Positions 22,952 through 32,922 of a DNA stretch of 64,000 nt are shown in pieces. The notes under the pieces were generated by a model. The model worked only from the letters and a program-made list of their open reading frames with translations. It did no database searches and was not told the origin of the DNA. The translations under genes and the position numbers were made by a program. The stretch's first letter is position 1. Each line of letters begins with the position of its first letter. The stretch is from Spirochaetia bacterium (lineage in GTDB: Bacteria; Spirochaetota; Spirochaetia; DSM-16054; Sediminispirochaetaceae). The DNA lies in assembly GCA_034520965.1 (NCBI GenBank), contig JAXHMY010000009.1:1-64000 (forward strand). The letters are read 5' to 3'.

Positions 22952-23887
22952 TCACCCCCCACAAATCCCACAGGCATCACCAACCTTCTCATCGGTATAA
23001 TACCCATCTTTTGTGTTTCCATAGTACCGGCAGTCAGAATTATGACGCTTATTCCCATTAATCCAATACTTTGCAGGAGCATCAGATTTCTCCACACTCT
23101 GGTCTACATCCTTCTTTTCTACATCGTAATTCCTATTATCAAACCATAATGATCCATCGTACGAAGACTCAAGTCTTTCCTCTATAGAGTCCTCTATAGC
23201 GTGGTAGAAATCAATTCCAGTTATCTGTTCTACCTTATCAATTGAGACAGCAAAGGAGGATAGCGGGTTAGAACTACTCTCATGAGGTAAAAGAAACCCA
23301 ATACCTTTTAATTCCGGCTCTCGCACATCTAAGAGCACCTTGTAGTAATACCGTGGAACAGCGATATTATTCTCTCCGATAGTTCTGTAGTCTACATCTC
23401 TCAATACAGGCCCAGTTACCACCAGCAGTGCTTTATCTCTAATCGCCCACTCCCTAACCAGAGATTCAAGACTCCGCCATATACCACGATTGAAACCGGG
23501 TTCTTGAGGAGACATATTACTGAAATAGAAAGTATCGCTCATAGCCTCTTCAGACCATGAAAAGTCTGCCGCAGGTGCTAAGTGTCCTCGGTCATACCCG
23601 GAACCTCTGTAATCAGATATAGAGGCAGATTCTGTATCAACTTTTTTATCCTCTCTAAAATTATCAGTTCTTTCTACATTACCTCGGAGTTCCTCTACAG
23701 TAAGTTCATAGGCCACCCATTCTGCCTGTTCGTGTTCTTCACTGTAAGAAAGGGTAAAACCTGTGTGGCGGATAACAGTGTCAGCATCGGTATAGTGTGG
23801 TAGTTCTAATGATTGGGAAAACGAAAGGAATGGGAGGAAGAAGAATAGTAGTAGCCCGCAGACTAAGATGTGCTTCTTGAAACTCAC
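22952..23887 (-). CDS. Secreted DNA/RNA non-specific endonuclease (NucA/EndA family)
   Basis: WVAYEL, GYDRGHLAP, SNMSPQ..FNRGIW. Confidence 0.92.
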   Translation of the reverse strand: MSFKKHILVCGLLLFFFLPFLSFSQSLELPHYTDADTVIRHTGFTLSYSEEHEQAEWVAYELTVEELRGNVERTDNFREDKKVDTESASISDYRGSGYDRGHLAPAADFSWSEEAMSDTFYFSNMSPQEPGFNRGIWRSLESLVREWAIRDKALLVVTGPVLRDVDYRTIGENNIAVPRYYYKVLLDVREPELKGIGFLLPHESSSNPLSSFAVSIDKVEQITGIDFYHAIEDSIEERLESSYDGSLWFDNRNYDVEKKDVDQSVEKSDAPAKYWINGNKRHNSDCRYYGNTKDGYYTDEKVGDACGICGG

Positions 23888-24048
23888 TGAGTCTTATCCT
23901 TTGTAAAATCTTTCTTTGTAATCTGTTTACAACAGTTTGGGCAATTTATTGGTTCAACAGGAATTCGTTCTAATCTATAATTACAGTATGGGCACCGAGG
24001 AAATGTTTCGAACGTTAGATTCAATTCCATTTTTTCATAATCAGACAT
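23884..24048 (-). CDS. Small zinc-ribbon protein, copy 1
   Basis: CPYC..CPNC; homologous to 29379..29555. Confidence 0.6.
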   Translation of the reverse strand: MSDYEKMELNLTFETFPRCPYCNYRLERIPVEPINCPNCCKQITKKDFTKDKTQ

Positions 24049-24188
24049 TTTGATTAGAATAAGAGATCGCAATGTTGTTGTAAAGAGTTTAAATGGGTTT
24101 TTTAGCCCGGTTAGATTGTAATAGAAATTGGTTTTTACATCTAAATGTGCTATTCTAATATTCATTACATTAAATCTTATGAAAAGAG

Positions 24189-25085
24189 GTGTATATGTTA
24201 AAAAAGAGTCTTCTATCAGTGTTTTTGTTCTGTGTTCTTTCTTCTGTATATGCAGAGCCAATTATTGGTAAATGGCGATTAGATTACTCTACATCTCAGA
24301 GAATCGATACTACTAAGGGTCCATCTATGAAGAGCCCTATGGATTACCTATCAAATAAATATTTATCCGAACTAAAAGTAACCACTCCCGATGGTATAAA
24401 ACTATATGAATTCACTGAACAGGGGGTAATGCTCGTCTACAATCAAGGAGAAGAGAGACCTGAAATAAAATACCATGATGGGCGAATATCAGCTGCCCAT
24501 TGGCGTTGGAAACTCTCCTCACTGAGACATCAATATGCGTCGAACATCAATGTATATAGGTTGAATTTAGCGACTATGGAAGGTTTACGAACTAGAATAG
24601 TTTTTTTTATAGGTGAAGAAAGTATGATACAGAACCAATATTACATGCCAGAGGATGAGACCTATATATCAATTACTACATTACACTACACTAAAGTTGG
24701 TGACAATAGAAGCGATGTAAAGCACCCGCCTATTGCTAAGGACAGAACAAACTCATCAGTGTCTTTAGCCATAGAAGGTAACAATTCTCGAACATTATTA
24801 AAAAGTCCTATGCCTGAATTAACTACAGAACATACAAGATTGTTACGATCAAGAGTAATTACAACGTTCTCATTTATACTTCATCCCGACGGGAAAGTCT
24901 CTTCTATCGAAGTAATTGATGGTTCCGGAAATGAAGAAGTAGATAATGAAATAATGAATAGTATTAGGAATTGGAGATTTGATCAAAGTAATACTATGAA
25001 TACCGTAAATGGTAAACTTCGGCTAATACTGAGAACAGGAAACGATGTCTATTCAGAAGGTAGCCGTATTGAGTATGGAGATTGA
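24189..25085 (+). CDS. Exported protein with TonB C-terminal-like domain
   Basis: Signal peptide; FILHPDGKV..GSGNEEVDNEIMNSIRNWRF. Confidence 0.65.
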   Translation: MYMLKKSLLSVFLFCVLSSVYAEPIIGKWRLDYSTSQRIDTTKGPSMKSPMDYLSNKYLSELKVTTPDGIKLYEFTEQGVMLVYNQGEERPEIKYHDGRISAAHWRWKLSSLRHQYASNINVYRLNLATMEGLRTRIVFFIGEESMIQNQYYMPEDETYISITTLHYTKVGDNRSDVKHPPIAKDRTNSSVSLAIEGNNSRTLLKSPMPELTTEHTRLLRSRVITTFSFILHPDGKVSSIEVIDGSGNEEVDNEIMNSIRNWRFDQSNTMNTVNGKLRLILRTGNDVYSEGSRIEYGD

Positions 25086-26574
25086 CCAAGTTTGCTCAGA
25101 CTTCGCAAAATTCGTTTTGAGACCAAGCATTGCAAGTATTCGCAGGACGAACTCAACCGAATTATCTTGTTCAGATAGCCGCTCGAGATCGACAGCACGG
25201 TATACCCATGGGTTTTTACCACCCTTTTCCGGTTCCCTATAATAGGAATCCGACACTGTTCCTTTCCACGACGATTTCTGTAGGCTCTTCAATCTACGCT
25301 CGGGTACGCCAACCCATAGCGGCATGCCCTTCTTCTTCCAATCTCCGAAAAAGATCCCGATACCGGCCACCTCTCTCCCATCTACGGAAAAGTAGAGTGA
25401 GTGCTCCCATCGAGAAGCCGCATTTTCTATGGTGACGTTTTGATCCGCTTCGGTAGCAGCTACCTTAGTCTGATCGACGGTCCTGATAAGATTTTGAAAG
25501 GCAGACGGTCCTTCCTTCGTGTCAAATAGCGTGGTGAGAACTGCTTCATTAAACTGAACGTCATCCTCGACTTCGCCTTTTCCTCTTTGATCTGCATTGA
25601 ATGTCGTTACCACAAGCTCCGCGATCTCGTCGAGGGCCGTCGGCCTGGCAAGTAAGCTTCGTGGTACTCCCCAGTAGTGCAGCCCATCCTCATCTTCAGC
25701 TGGGATCAAATTGGCAGTGTTGTTGGTTTTCACGTAGTGCGGATGGACCCCTATCAACAGCGGTGATGGACCATAGATCCACGCGAAGTTGGCAACTCCA
25801 AAGTATCCGATCGTCTTGTCGGCATCGGAGATGAAGAAACCGAAGTCGTAGTCGGTCATCTTTATCCGACTCAATTTTGTACTGCTGGAACTCGAAAACC
25901 GTGCATGGATCACCTCTATCAAGGCCCGAAGTGAGAACAGAGCCTGCCCCATCGATTGTTGAAGCGTCGAACATTGGGTAGGCCTCAGAATCGATCCTCC
26001 CATTAGCAAACCATTCATTTGATAGATCTATGTAATCGCGGAAAACCGAATTTAGTTCTTGTGCTCCCGCATCCATCAATCTTTGAATGAAATCTTCCCA
26101 ATAAAGGACAAGGATTAACAGCTGCTCATCGGCGTCATTCCGTGGCTTGTCGATTTTGTCAGTAATGGCACGTTCATGCGAGTGATACTTTGGCATGAGA
26201 AGAAGAAGTCCTTTCACCTCAGCCTTGTGATGGGCCAAGTCCTCGAGGTAGGTTTCGGGTTGCGATGGTTGAAACCCGGTCCACGTATTCGTCTTCATCT
26301 CTATCACGAGTCGAAGATCGTCCGTATCGATCACGACGTCGGGGTAGGTTCCTGAATCTTCAGCATACCACTGCGTATCAATCTGAGGAAAAGTGAACGA
26401 GAACCCGGATAACGCCGGTGTAGTTTGTGTTTCATCCTTCTTACTACCCTCTATCACGAACCGTGCGAACTCATCTCGAAAAAACCTATACCGACACAAG
26501 TTCCGGAATAATTCTGTGTAGGTACGCTCATTCGTTACCAAACCTTCGAAAATATTTTCATCGTTTTGCAACAC
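25053..26574 (-). CDS. PD-(D/E)XK nuclease-family protein, frameshift near 25970
   Basis: NERTYT..TQ..YPDVVI..LVIEMK..Q..Y; continues in ORF 25053..26018. Confidence 0.65.
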
Positions 26575-26756
26575 TTGCTCCCTCTTTGATGACGATCAGC
26601 TCACGCGCTCCAAATAATAGGAAAAGTGATCGAGGACCGCAAGACCGAAATCGGTAAAATTGCCTTCCCGGGTCTGATAGTATGAAAGAGGGGAATCTGC
26701 TTCAAGAGAGGAAAGGCGTGAATTTACTGAGAAAGCGTGCAGCATTGTATTTTCAA

Positions 26757-26967
26757 TTGGGACTGTCGGCTCAGTTGGAAACTGACAACTGCTTGAATAG
26801 GAAGTTACAACAAAGTTACAACACTTTGACATGAAGTATATGAACTATATGAAGAAATGACCCTTTTCATATTCAAATTCTCTACTATACATGACTAATA
26901 TGTCCAATATAGGTAAAAAGGCGGCCTTCTAAGCCGTAGGTCGCAGGTTCGAATTCTGCTGGACGTA
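26757..26967 (+). mobile_element. att-end of an integrative element: repeat arm plus 3' half of tRNA-Arg(TCT)
   Basis: GCGGC-CTTCTAA-GCCGT-AGGTC-GCAGGTTCGAATTCTGC-TGGACGTA (26921-26967) has no 5' acceptor/D arm; preceded by GTTACAACA x2 and ATGAA repeats at 9-bp spacing. Confidence 0.75.
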
Positions 26968-27136
26968 ATAAAGCTGAATGGGCCGCGAATTCTGTTTCAG
27001 TGTTTATAAAGCTTGATACGAATCGCCGACTCATATCAAGCCCCAAGTTTTTATATGAATTCAGGTTATCCCTCAATTTCTCAAGCAGATGAATGATCGG
27101 CCCAAACAGATCGGATTTTCTTTGAGACCAGGCTCG

Positions 27137-27562
27137 CTACTTCTGCAGTCGGGCGGTGAGATTGATGTTATTCACACCGCCTAGCGCTTTACTCACGGGA
27201 CAACCGCTTTTTGCGCCTTCAGCAATCTTCTGAAACTCACTCTCTTCGATGCCCTCCACCTGCGCTTCCGTTATCAGGTCGATCTGGGAAATCTCAAGCT
27301 CTTTGGCATTCAAGTGAACTTTCGCTTGGGTGGCGATTGACACCGGCGTATATCCGGCGTTTTCCAACTCCAAAGAGAGGGCCATGGAAAAACAACCGGC
27401 ATGAGCAGCCCCGATCAGTTCTTCCGGATTGGTTCCCTGTTCTTCCTCGAATCGAGAACCGTAAGAGTACGAGCCCTTAAAGGCTCCGCTTCCGAGCTCA
27501 ACGGCACCTTTTCCTTTTGAGACTGTATCTTTCCATGCAGCTTTGGCATTACGAATAAGCAT
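27137..27562 (-). CDS. osmC: OsmC peroxiredoxin
   Basis: GTNPEELIGAAHAGCFSMAL, CPVSKAL. Confidence 0.92.
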   Translation of the reverse strand: MLIRNAKAAWKDTVSKGKGAVELGSGAFKGSYSYGSRFEEEQGTNPEELIGAAHAGCFSMALSLELENAGYTPVSIATQAKVHLNAKELEISQIDLITEAQVEGIEESEFQKIAEGAKSGCPVSKALGGVNNINLTARLQK

Positions 27563-27738
27563 TTTCTTCCTCCTATAATTTCAATGATAGTAAATTATTC
27601 TTCGAGCGCAAGTCTGAAACTACAAAAATTGGAGAGACCGGCACATAAATCGCCCTTCCGGATCTGATAACAGGAATGACGGCCCTCTGCAGCGGAAAAG
27701 CAAAGGTGCGTGTCTCCCGGATTTCGTTGTCTCAAATG

Positions 27739-28293
27739 TTAGGTAAAACTGTCTACCACCTCCTTATACTTCTCATGGATCATCCCACGATCAAAGGCGT
27801 AGAACTGCTCCACCATCGCATCTAGCTCCTTTGAGCTAAAGTGACGCTCTGTATCGGGAAAGAAATGATCATCTTCTTTCTCTATGTGTTTTGGATAGAA
27901 GTCGATCAATCGCTGCATCGCATCCATCACTTCTGACAGGCTATTACTGGCCTCTACTACCCTTTTTTTAGCCTCTACGAGCTGTTTCGTAAGCTTCCTC
28001 CCCAGTTTGTGCTCTTCAATCAACTCTTCCATCAGTTGTCGTTCACTCTTAGAAAGGTCCCGCTTCTCGAGGTGCTCGAAGAGGATATCTTCCTCTTTAC
28101 CGTGATGGGTGCGGTCAGCATAGGTCCTAATGAAGTCAGCAAGGGTATCTATAGCAATCGGATCGATTTCTCCGCCACCTGCGAGCCGCTCCTTCTCCTT
28201 CCGCATCAAATCAACCGCACGCTCAATGAGACGATGCTCAATCATCAGACACCCTCTTGGTTTCTTGCATCCGTGTTTCATCATGCCCTCCAT
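27739..28293 (-). CDS. Hemerythrin-domain protein
   Basis: EHRLI, HHGKEE..LF, EEH, HIEKED..FFP. Confidence 0.88.
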   Translation of the reverse strand: MEGMMKHGCKKPRGCLMIEHRLIERAVDLMRKEKERLAGGGEIDPIAIDTLADFIRTYADRTHHGKEEDILFEHLEKRDLSKSERQLMEELIEEHKLGRKLTKQLVEAKKRVVEASNSLSEVMDAMQRLIDFYPKHIEKEDDHFFPDTERHFSSKELDAMVEQFYAFDRGMIHEKYKEVVDSFT

Positions 28294-28889
28294 GCTGTAA
28301 TTCTAAGATATAGAAGGCTGCTTTCGCAAACTTTTATTTGGTAGTGGGTTGTCTGAGAAAGAAGTAATTATAGGTCGGAGATTCGAATCAACTGTAGAAT
28401 ACATCCATCTCCATTGCAGTAAGGGGCTTGTTTTATCATGGACAAACTGTGCATACCGCAATTTTTTTTTGGGGCCGATGGTTAAAATCCTTATGAATTT
28501 TCAAAATAACGTACGCAGTGTATTGGATGAACACCAACTTCTTGCCGATTACATTAGATTTGGCGTGGAAGGTGATATCAATTTGAGTTGTCTCAAAATG
28601 ACATCAGTCAACGATTCGTTGAGTGAACAATCTACGCCGAACGAATATTTCTAAAATATTCCTGGTTTTCACTAAAACGGTGTTGCAAAGGCTGTACCGA
28701 CTGAGAAATCTTGAAAAATCTGGTAGAGCCGTATTTCCTCGACGGCTTTGATTTGTCGGCATACGGCCTCTATAAGCGGCAAACGAACTCTGTAGAATCT
28801 CTATTAATCCTGACTTAGATAAAACACTTTTCTACACACTAAATTTAGATAAAATGGAAGGTCTCTCACAATAAACTAACCGATAAAAT

Positions 28890-29087
28890 CTGATCCAGAT
28901 CATCGGCCGGGCGGCCCAGAATGAACACGGCAAGGTGATTATGTACGCCGACCGCCACTCCAAGGCGATGGAGCAGGCGATCGAAGAGACCGATCGGCGA
29001 CGCAGTATCCAGATGGAATATAGCCGGGCCCACGACGTCACAATGCGCATACTCAAAAAGTATGATGTCTCAAGACGAAAACGATAA
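28890..29087 (+). pseudogene. uvrB: Isolated uvrB-like C-terminal fragment
   Basis: [46 protein letters not shown]-rich patch in an AT-rich context. Confidence 0.75.
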
Positions 29088-29378
29088 GCAAAGCCATTTC
29101 GATCATTATTACGTTTGGCAAGACTGAACTTAGAATCAATGCTGCAATTACATTTTTTAGAAATAAAGATATTATCCATCAAGCTAATACATCAGTTCAC
29201 TTAACGTATTAACCATTGTATACACATTGATACCACTACTTCTTTCAAAAAAATTTCTGTATTCCCTTTCGACACATCTCGAACTACTTTGAGGACTAAA
29301 TTTACCTCACCACTAGCATCTTCTCTGAACAACCCACAACGAGATGGTTAGATAAAAGCGGTAGTTGTAAAAATACTT

Positions 29379-29555
29379 TTATAAATTTAGACTTAAATAC
29401 ACCTTCTTTGAAAAGTCTTTCTTTTCAATCTGTTTAGCACAGTTTGGGCAGTTTATAGCCTTATTGGGGATTCTTTCTAATCTATAATTACAGTATGGGC
29501 ACCGAGGAAAAGTTTCGAACGTTAGATTCAATTCCATTTTTTCATAATCAGACAT
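29379..29555 (-). CDS. Small zinc-ribbon protein, copy 2
   Basis: First 30 aa identical to copy 1. Confidence 0.6.
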   Translation of the reverse strand: MSDYEKMELNLTFETFPRCPYCNYRLERIPNKAINCPNCAKQIEKKDFSKKVYLSLNL

Positions 29556-29794
29556 TTTAATCAGGATAAGGGATCGTAATATTGTTGTAAAGAGTTTAAA
29601 TGGGACCGTGGGCTCAGTTGGAAACTGACAACTGCTTGAATAGGAAATTACAACAAAGTTACTCATTAAGAAGATAAAAATACACCCTAAGAACAGGGGT
29701 AACCTACATTCCTACCCTAGAAATGCTCTAGTGGGTATAAAGTTCTGTGCTCTAGTGGGGTTCGGGTTATAAGGAAGCAAAAACGTGAAATTTT

Positions 29795-29970
29795 AGGTTA
29801 CAACAAAAATACAACAATTTCTCATGAGCCATATGAAATATATGAAATTTGGGGGCAAATATCTCCAATATTGTGTATTATACATGGTAAATATGACTAA
29901 AATGAAGAGTCAGATGGATTCAGGGTCTAGTGGCCTTGCGGCTGTGGGGGTTCGACTCCCCCCCTGGGCA
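29795..29970 (+). mobile_element. att-end of an integrative element: repeat arm plus 3' half of tRNA-Leu(CAG)
   Basis: TGGA-TTCAGGG-TCTAG-TGGCCTTGCGGCT-GTGGGGGTTCGACTCCCCC-CCTGGGCA (29915-29970), long variable arm, no 5' half; same upstream motifs as the Arg scar. Confidence 0.75.
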
Positions 29971-30009
29971 AATTTTTCATAATTCAGACAAAACCGGATA
30001 ATTCTCATT

Positions 30010-30059
30010 TTGATAACTGATAGGTGTGGTCAAACACCACCGTGTCGGTTATAAATTAC
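30010..30059. repeat. About 49-bp hairpin repeat, copy 1
   Basis: TTGATAACTGATAGGTGTGGTCAAACACCACCGTGTCGGTTATAAATTAC. Confidence 0.75.
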
Positions 30060-30376
30060 GCCCAAAAGGGTATGTATTTCATCATCCTTTTCGGTGCCGT
30101 GATCAGCGACAATTATAATTACCGTTTACAGTTTGGGCTGCCGGTGGTGCATAAACCGAGCTGCGAAGCTGGGCTTATTTGGAAGACCGCTGAACCGCCG
30201 TCTGTTAAAACGGAAAATCGGTAGTGATAACAAAAATAATCAAGCTGTTTTCCAGGAGTGACTTAGCCTCAATTTTGGCAAAGTTGGGTTAAAGGGTATG
30301 AGGTTATTCAAATTTCTGTACACAAAGACATTGTGCTTTTAAGTAATTACTTTATAATAACATTTGAGGTGACAGC

Positions 30377-30625
30377 ATGGAAATCTCGGTAATACGGATC
30401 GGAAATTCCAGAGGGATAAGATTGCCTAAAGCAGTGTTGCAGCAGTTCTCCATCGAAGACAAACTCGAGATGGAGGTGCACGAGAAGGAAATTGTACTAA
30501 AACCGCTTCGTCGACAAGCTCGAAAGGGGTGGAGAGAAGCATTCGAAAAAATGCACGACTACGGAGAGGATGAGCTGCTTCTCCCGGATAATAAAGAAAA
30601 GCAGTTCGATTGGGAGTGGGATTAG
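30377..30625 (+). CDS. mazE: AbrB/MazE antitoxin
   Basis: IGNSRGIRLPK; palindrome AAGTAATTACTT in the promoter. Confidence 0.9.
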   Translation: MEISVIRIGNSRGIRLPKAVLQQFSIEDKLEMEVHEKEIVLKPLRRQARKGWREAFEKMHDYGEDELLLPDNKEKQFDWEWD

Positions 30626-30629
30626 ACTA

Positions 30630-30953
30630 GTGAGTATTCGTCAATATGAGGTATACCTTGTATCTCTCGACCCTAGGGTAGGGCAGGAAATACAAAAGAC
30701 TCGACCTTTCACCGTCATTTCTCCGAATGAAATGAACGACACGATATCGACCGTGATAATCGCACCGATGACCACACGATCTCGACCTTACCCTGCCCGG
30801 GTGAAGGTTAGATTCCGGGAGAAAGAGGGCTGGGTGGTGCTCGACCAAATTCGAACCGTTGACAAAGAAAGGCTTTTCAAGAAGTTGGGTAAGCTGGGGA
30901 CGAGCGAGATCGACCACATCAAAACGGTTCTCCAGGAGATGCTGGTTGATTAA
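30630..30953 (+). CDS. mazF: PemK/MazF toxin
   Basis: LDPRVGQEIQKTRP, DQIRTVDKERL. Confidence 0.9.
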   Translation: MSIRQYEVYLVSLDPRVGQEIQKTRPFTVISPNEMNDTISTVIIAPMTTRSRPYPARVKVRFREKEGWVVLDQIRTVDKERLFKKLGKLGTSEIDHIKTVLQEMLVD

Positions 30954-31139
30954 ACATTTTTCTGTGTGATTTTTCGGGCCGATCGAAGTCTCAATTAACA
31001 ATGGCCGGCAACTGAGAAAACTCTTCCTGACTTACTATTTTATCGACTCCGCTTCAACGCTCTTTGCAGATGTGAAAACGGCGTATGAGTGAAGCCATTG
31101 TTTCTGACCCTTCGGTGCGAGTTGCGGGGCTTGGAGCTT

Positions 31140-31532
31140 CTAGTACCAGTCTGTAATCTGAAGACTCTCAACTTTACCGAACTCCCTTGTATTATGAGTA
31201 ACCAGTACGGCGCTATGTGCACGGCAGATTCCGGCGATCAGCGTGTCGTAGGGTCCAATGGGATTGCCGGTTTTTTCAAGGTGGGCGCGAATTTCAGCGG
31301 CAGATTCGGCTTCTTTTTCTCCGAGATCAAAAACAGAGACATTCTGCCGGAAATCCTCCAATTGGCTTGATAGTTTTTTGGGAGATTTCGACTTGAAGAT
31401 GCCTACTTTCAATTCGTACAAAACTATACTCGGGATAGCGATGGTGTAAGGTGCGTGGGAAAAGAGGTTTTTCGCCACAAGCCCCTCTCCCTTGAAGAAA
31501 TATATGAGCGTATTGGTGTCGAGTACGTACAT
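31140..31532 (-). CDS. vapC: VapC PIN toxin
   Basis: YVLDTN, PIGPYDTLIAG, LVTHNTREF. Confidence 0.92.
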   Translation of the reverse strand: MYVLDTNTLIYFFKGEGLVAKNLFSHAPYTIAIPSIVLYELKVGIFKSKSPKKLSSQLEDFRQNVSVFDLGEKEAESAAEIRAHLEKTGNPIGPYDTLIAGICRAHSAVLVTHNTREFGKVESLQITDWY

Positions 31533-31762
31533 TACAGCTCTTCCCGAGTGTAATCGGCCCCGAGATCTCCGCGTAACTTCTCTGCGGTGGGGGCGTCTTT
31601 CCATGATCCGGGTATCTCCCGCACCGATTCGGGCCACCTCTCCCGCAGTCTGTCCTTGATGAGCTCAGCTACCCATCTACTCTGGGATACGTGTTGTGAT
31701 TGCACCACCCGTTTCATTTTTCTCTCGGTCTCGTCGTCGAGATAGATCGTAACTTGTCCCAT
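31532..31762 (-). CDS. CopG/RHH antitoxin
   Basis: MGQVTIYLDDETE..SQSRWVAELI; overlaps vapC start. Confidence 0.85.
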   Translation of the reverse strand: MGQVTIYLDDETERKMKRVVQSQHVSQSRWVAELIKDRLRERWPESVREIPGSWKDAPTAEKLRGDLGADYTREEL

Positions 31763-31935
31763 GCATCCTCCACATATATGTGCAATTATAAGTGATTTAT
31801 ACAGTTTTTTCAAGAATCTTGTTCCATTTCCATGGGAATGGTCAGAATAAAAGAACAACCGGCGGGTAGAGAATTATGACCCGCTATAAGTAGGTGAAGA
31901 AACACAAAGGCAGCGGTAAGAGCATATGGCGATTA

Positions 31936-32145
31936 TTAAGCGTATATCAATCTGCCTTTTTTAGGCTCAGGAATCGTTCTGTTTAATTCTTTTGCTGTTT
32001 TGATCCACTCCTCAATGACGACCTCAGCATTTCTCAATGCCTCTTCATAGGAGTTCCCATCAGCCATGCACCCGGAAAGCTCAGGTACTTCTGCAATATA
32101 AGCATTATCTTCTTCACTCCAAAATAGAATTATTTCATATTTCAT
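31936..32145 (-). CDS. hicB: HicB antitoxin
   Basis: YIAEVPELSGCMADGNSYEEAL. Confidence 0.9.
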   Translation of the reverse strand: MKYEIILFWSEEDNAYIAEVPELSGCMADGNSYEEALRNAEVVIEEWIKTAKELNRTIPEPKKGRLIYA

Positions 32146-32398
32146 TTTTCTTTACCTCCAATTTATACTTGAGAACAATATTACGCACCTGCTTAACCTG
32201 ATACGGTTTCGCCATATTGCCTTTTGGTTGGATATTGATAATTTCATCGATTCCTTCCTTAAAATAGATGTGATGGTCACCCTTTATCCGACATTCAAAT
32301 CCCAAAATATTAAGCACTGTACATAAATCAGAAAATTTTACATTCGAGTCTGAGGTACCGCGTAAAATTACTTGAAGAATCTTTTCATGCCTACTCAT
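32135..32398 (-). CDS. hicA: HicA toxin
   Basis: GDHHIY..INIQP..AKPYQVKQV. Confidence 0.88.
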   Translation of the reverse strand: MSRHEKILQVILRGTSDSNVKFSDLCTVLNILGFECRIKGDHHIYFKEGIDEIINIQPKGNMAKPYQVKQVRNIVLKYKLEVKKNEI

Positions 32399-32542
32399 AA
32401 TTCTGCTACTTATAATAAATCATTTTTGGCTTATAATCTACAATAAGTAAAGATTAAGTATTGTACCTCAAAGGAGTCATCTGTCTCAATAAACAGCCTA
32501 GCAGCATTAAATGCAGTAAATGAAATCCCCGATAGCTTCAGA

Positions 32543-32592
32543 TTGATAAGTGATAGGTGTGGTGAAAAACCACCGTGTCGGTTATCAATTAC
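32543..32592. repeat. About 49-bp hairpin repeat, copy 2
   Basis: TTGATAAGTGATAGGTGTGGTGAAAAACCACCGTGTCGGTTATCAATTAC; directly followed by TTGACA-17-TACAAT. Confidence 0.75.
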
Positions 32593-32634
32593 TTGTCGAT
32601 TGACATAGTTTTATTATGCAACTACAATAAAACT

Positions 32635-32922
32635 ATGGCAAATCTCACTATTAGAAACATTCCCGATGGAGTGCTTGAGAAGATCCGGCATTTGGCACAC
32701 AGAGAAAGAAGAAGCGTAAACAGTGAGCTGCTCATGATAATCGAACGCGGTACGGAGGAAGAGCTCATCGAGGCTGCCGGCCACAGGAAGGGGATCACTC
32801 CATCGAGACAGGTCCGCCTCTGGAAGAACCTCTCCGCAAGGTGGGAGGATGATCGAAGCATCGAAGAAGTAATAGATGAGGTGTATCGTACCCGTACACT
32901 CGGACGGGAATTTGATCTATGA
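32635..32922 (+). CDS. FitA-like RHH antitoxin
   Basis: MANLTIRNIPD..RRSVNSE. Confidence 0.85.
   Translation: MANLTIRNIPDGVLEKIRHLAHRERRSVNSELLMIIERGTEEELIEAAGHRKGITPSRQVRLWKNLSARWEDDRSIEEVIDEVYRTRTLGREFDL

Noticed and set aside
1..26574. Programmed frameshifting or phase variation explaining split genes
   Set aside because: Frameshifts hit many unrelated genes, often at short homopolymers; sequencing error or decay is simpler and cannot be resolved without reads
11349..26967. Intact prophage or conjugative element
   Set aside because: No structural, terminase, relaxase, T4SS or integrase genes visible in the window
28349..29182. ORFs 28349..28654 and 28832..29182
   Set aside because: No recognisable motifs; the second is antisense to the uvrB fragment
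26921..29970. Intact tRNA-Arg and tRNA-Leu genes
   Set aside because: 5' acceptor strand and D arm are missing in both; treated as att scars
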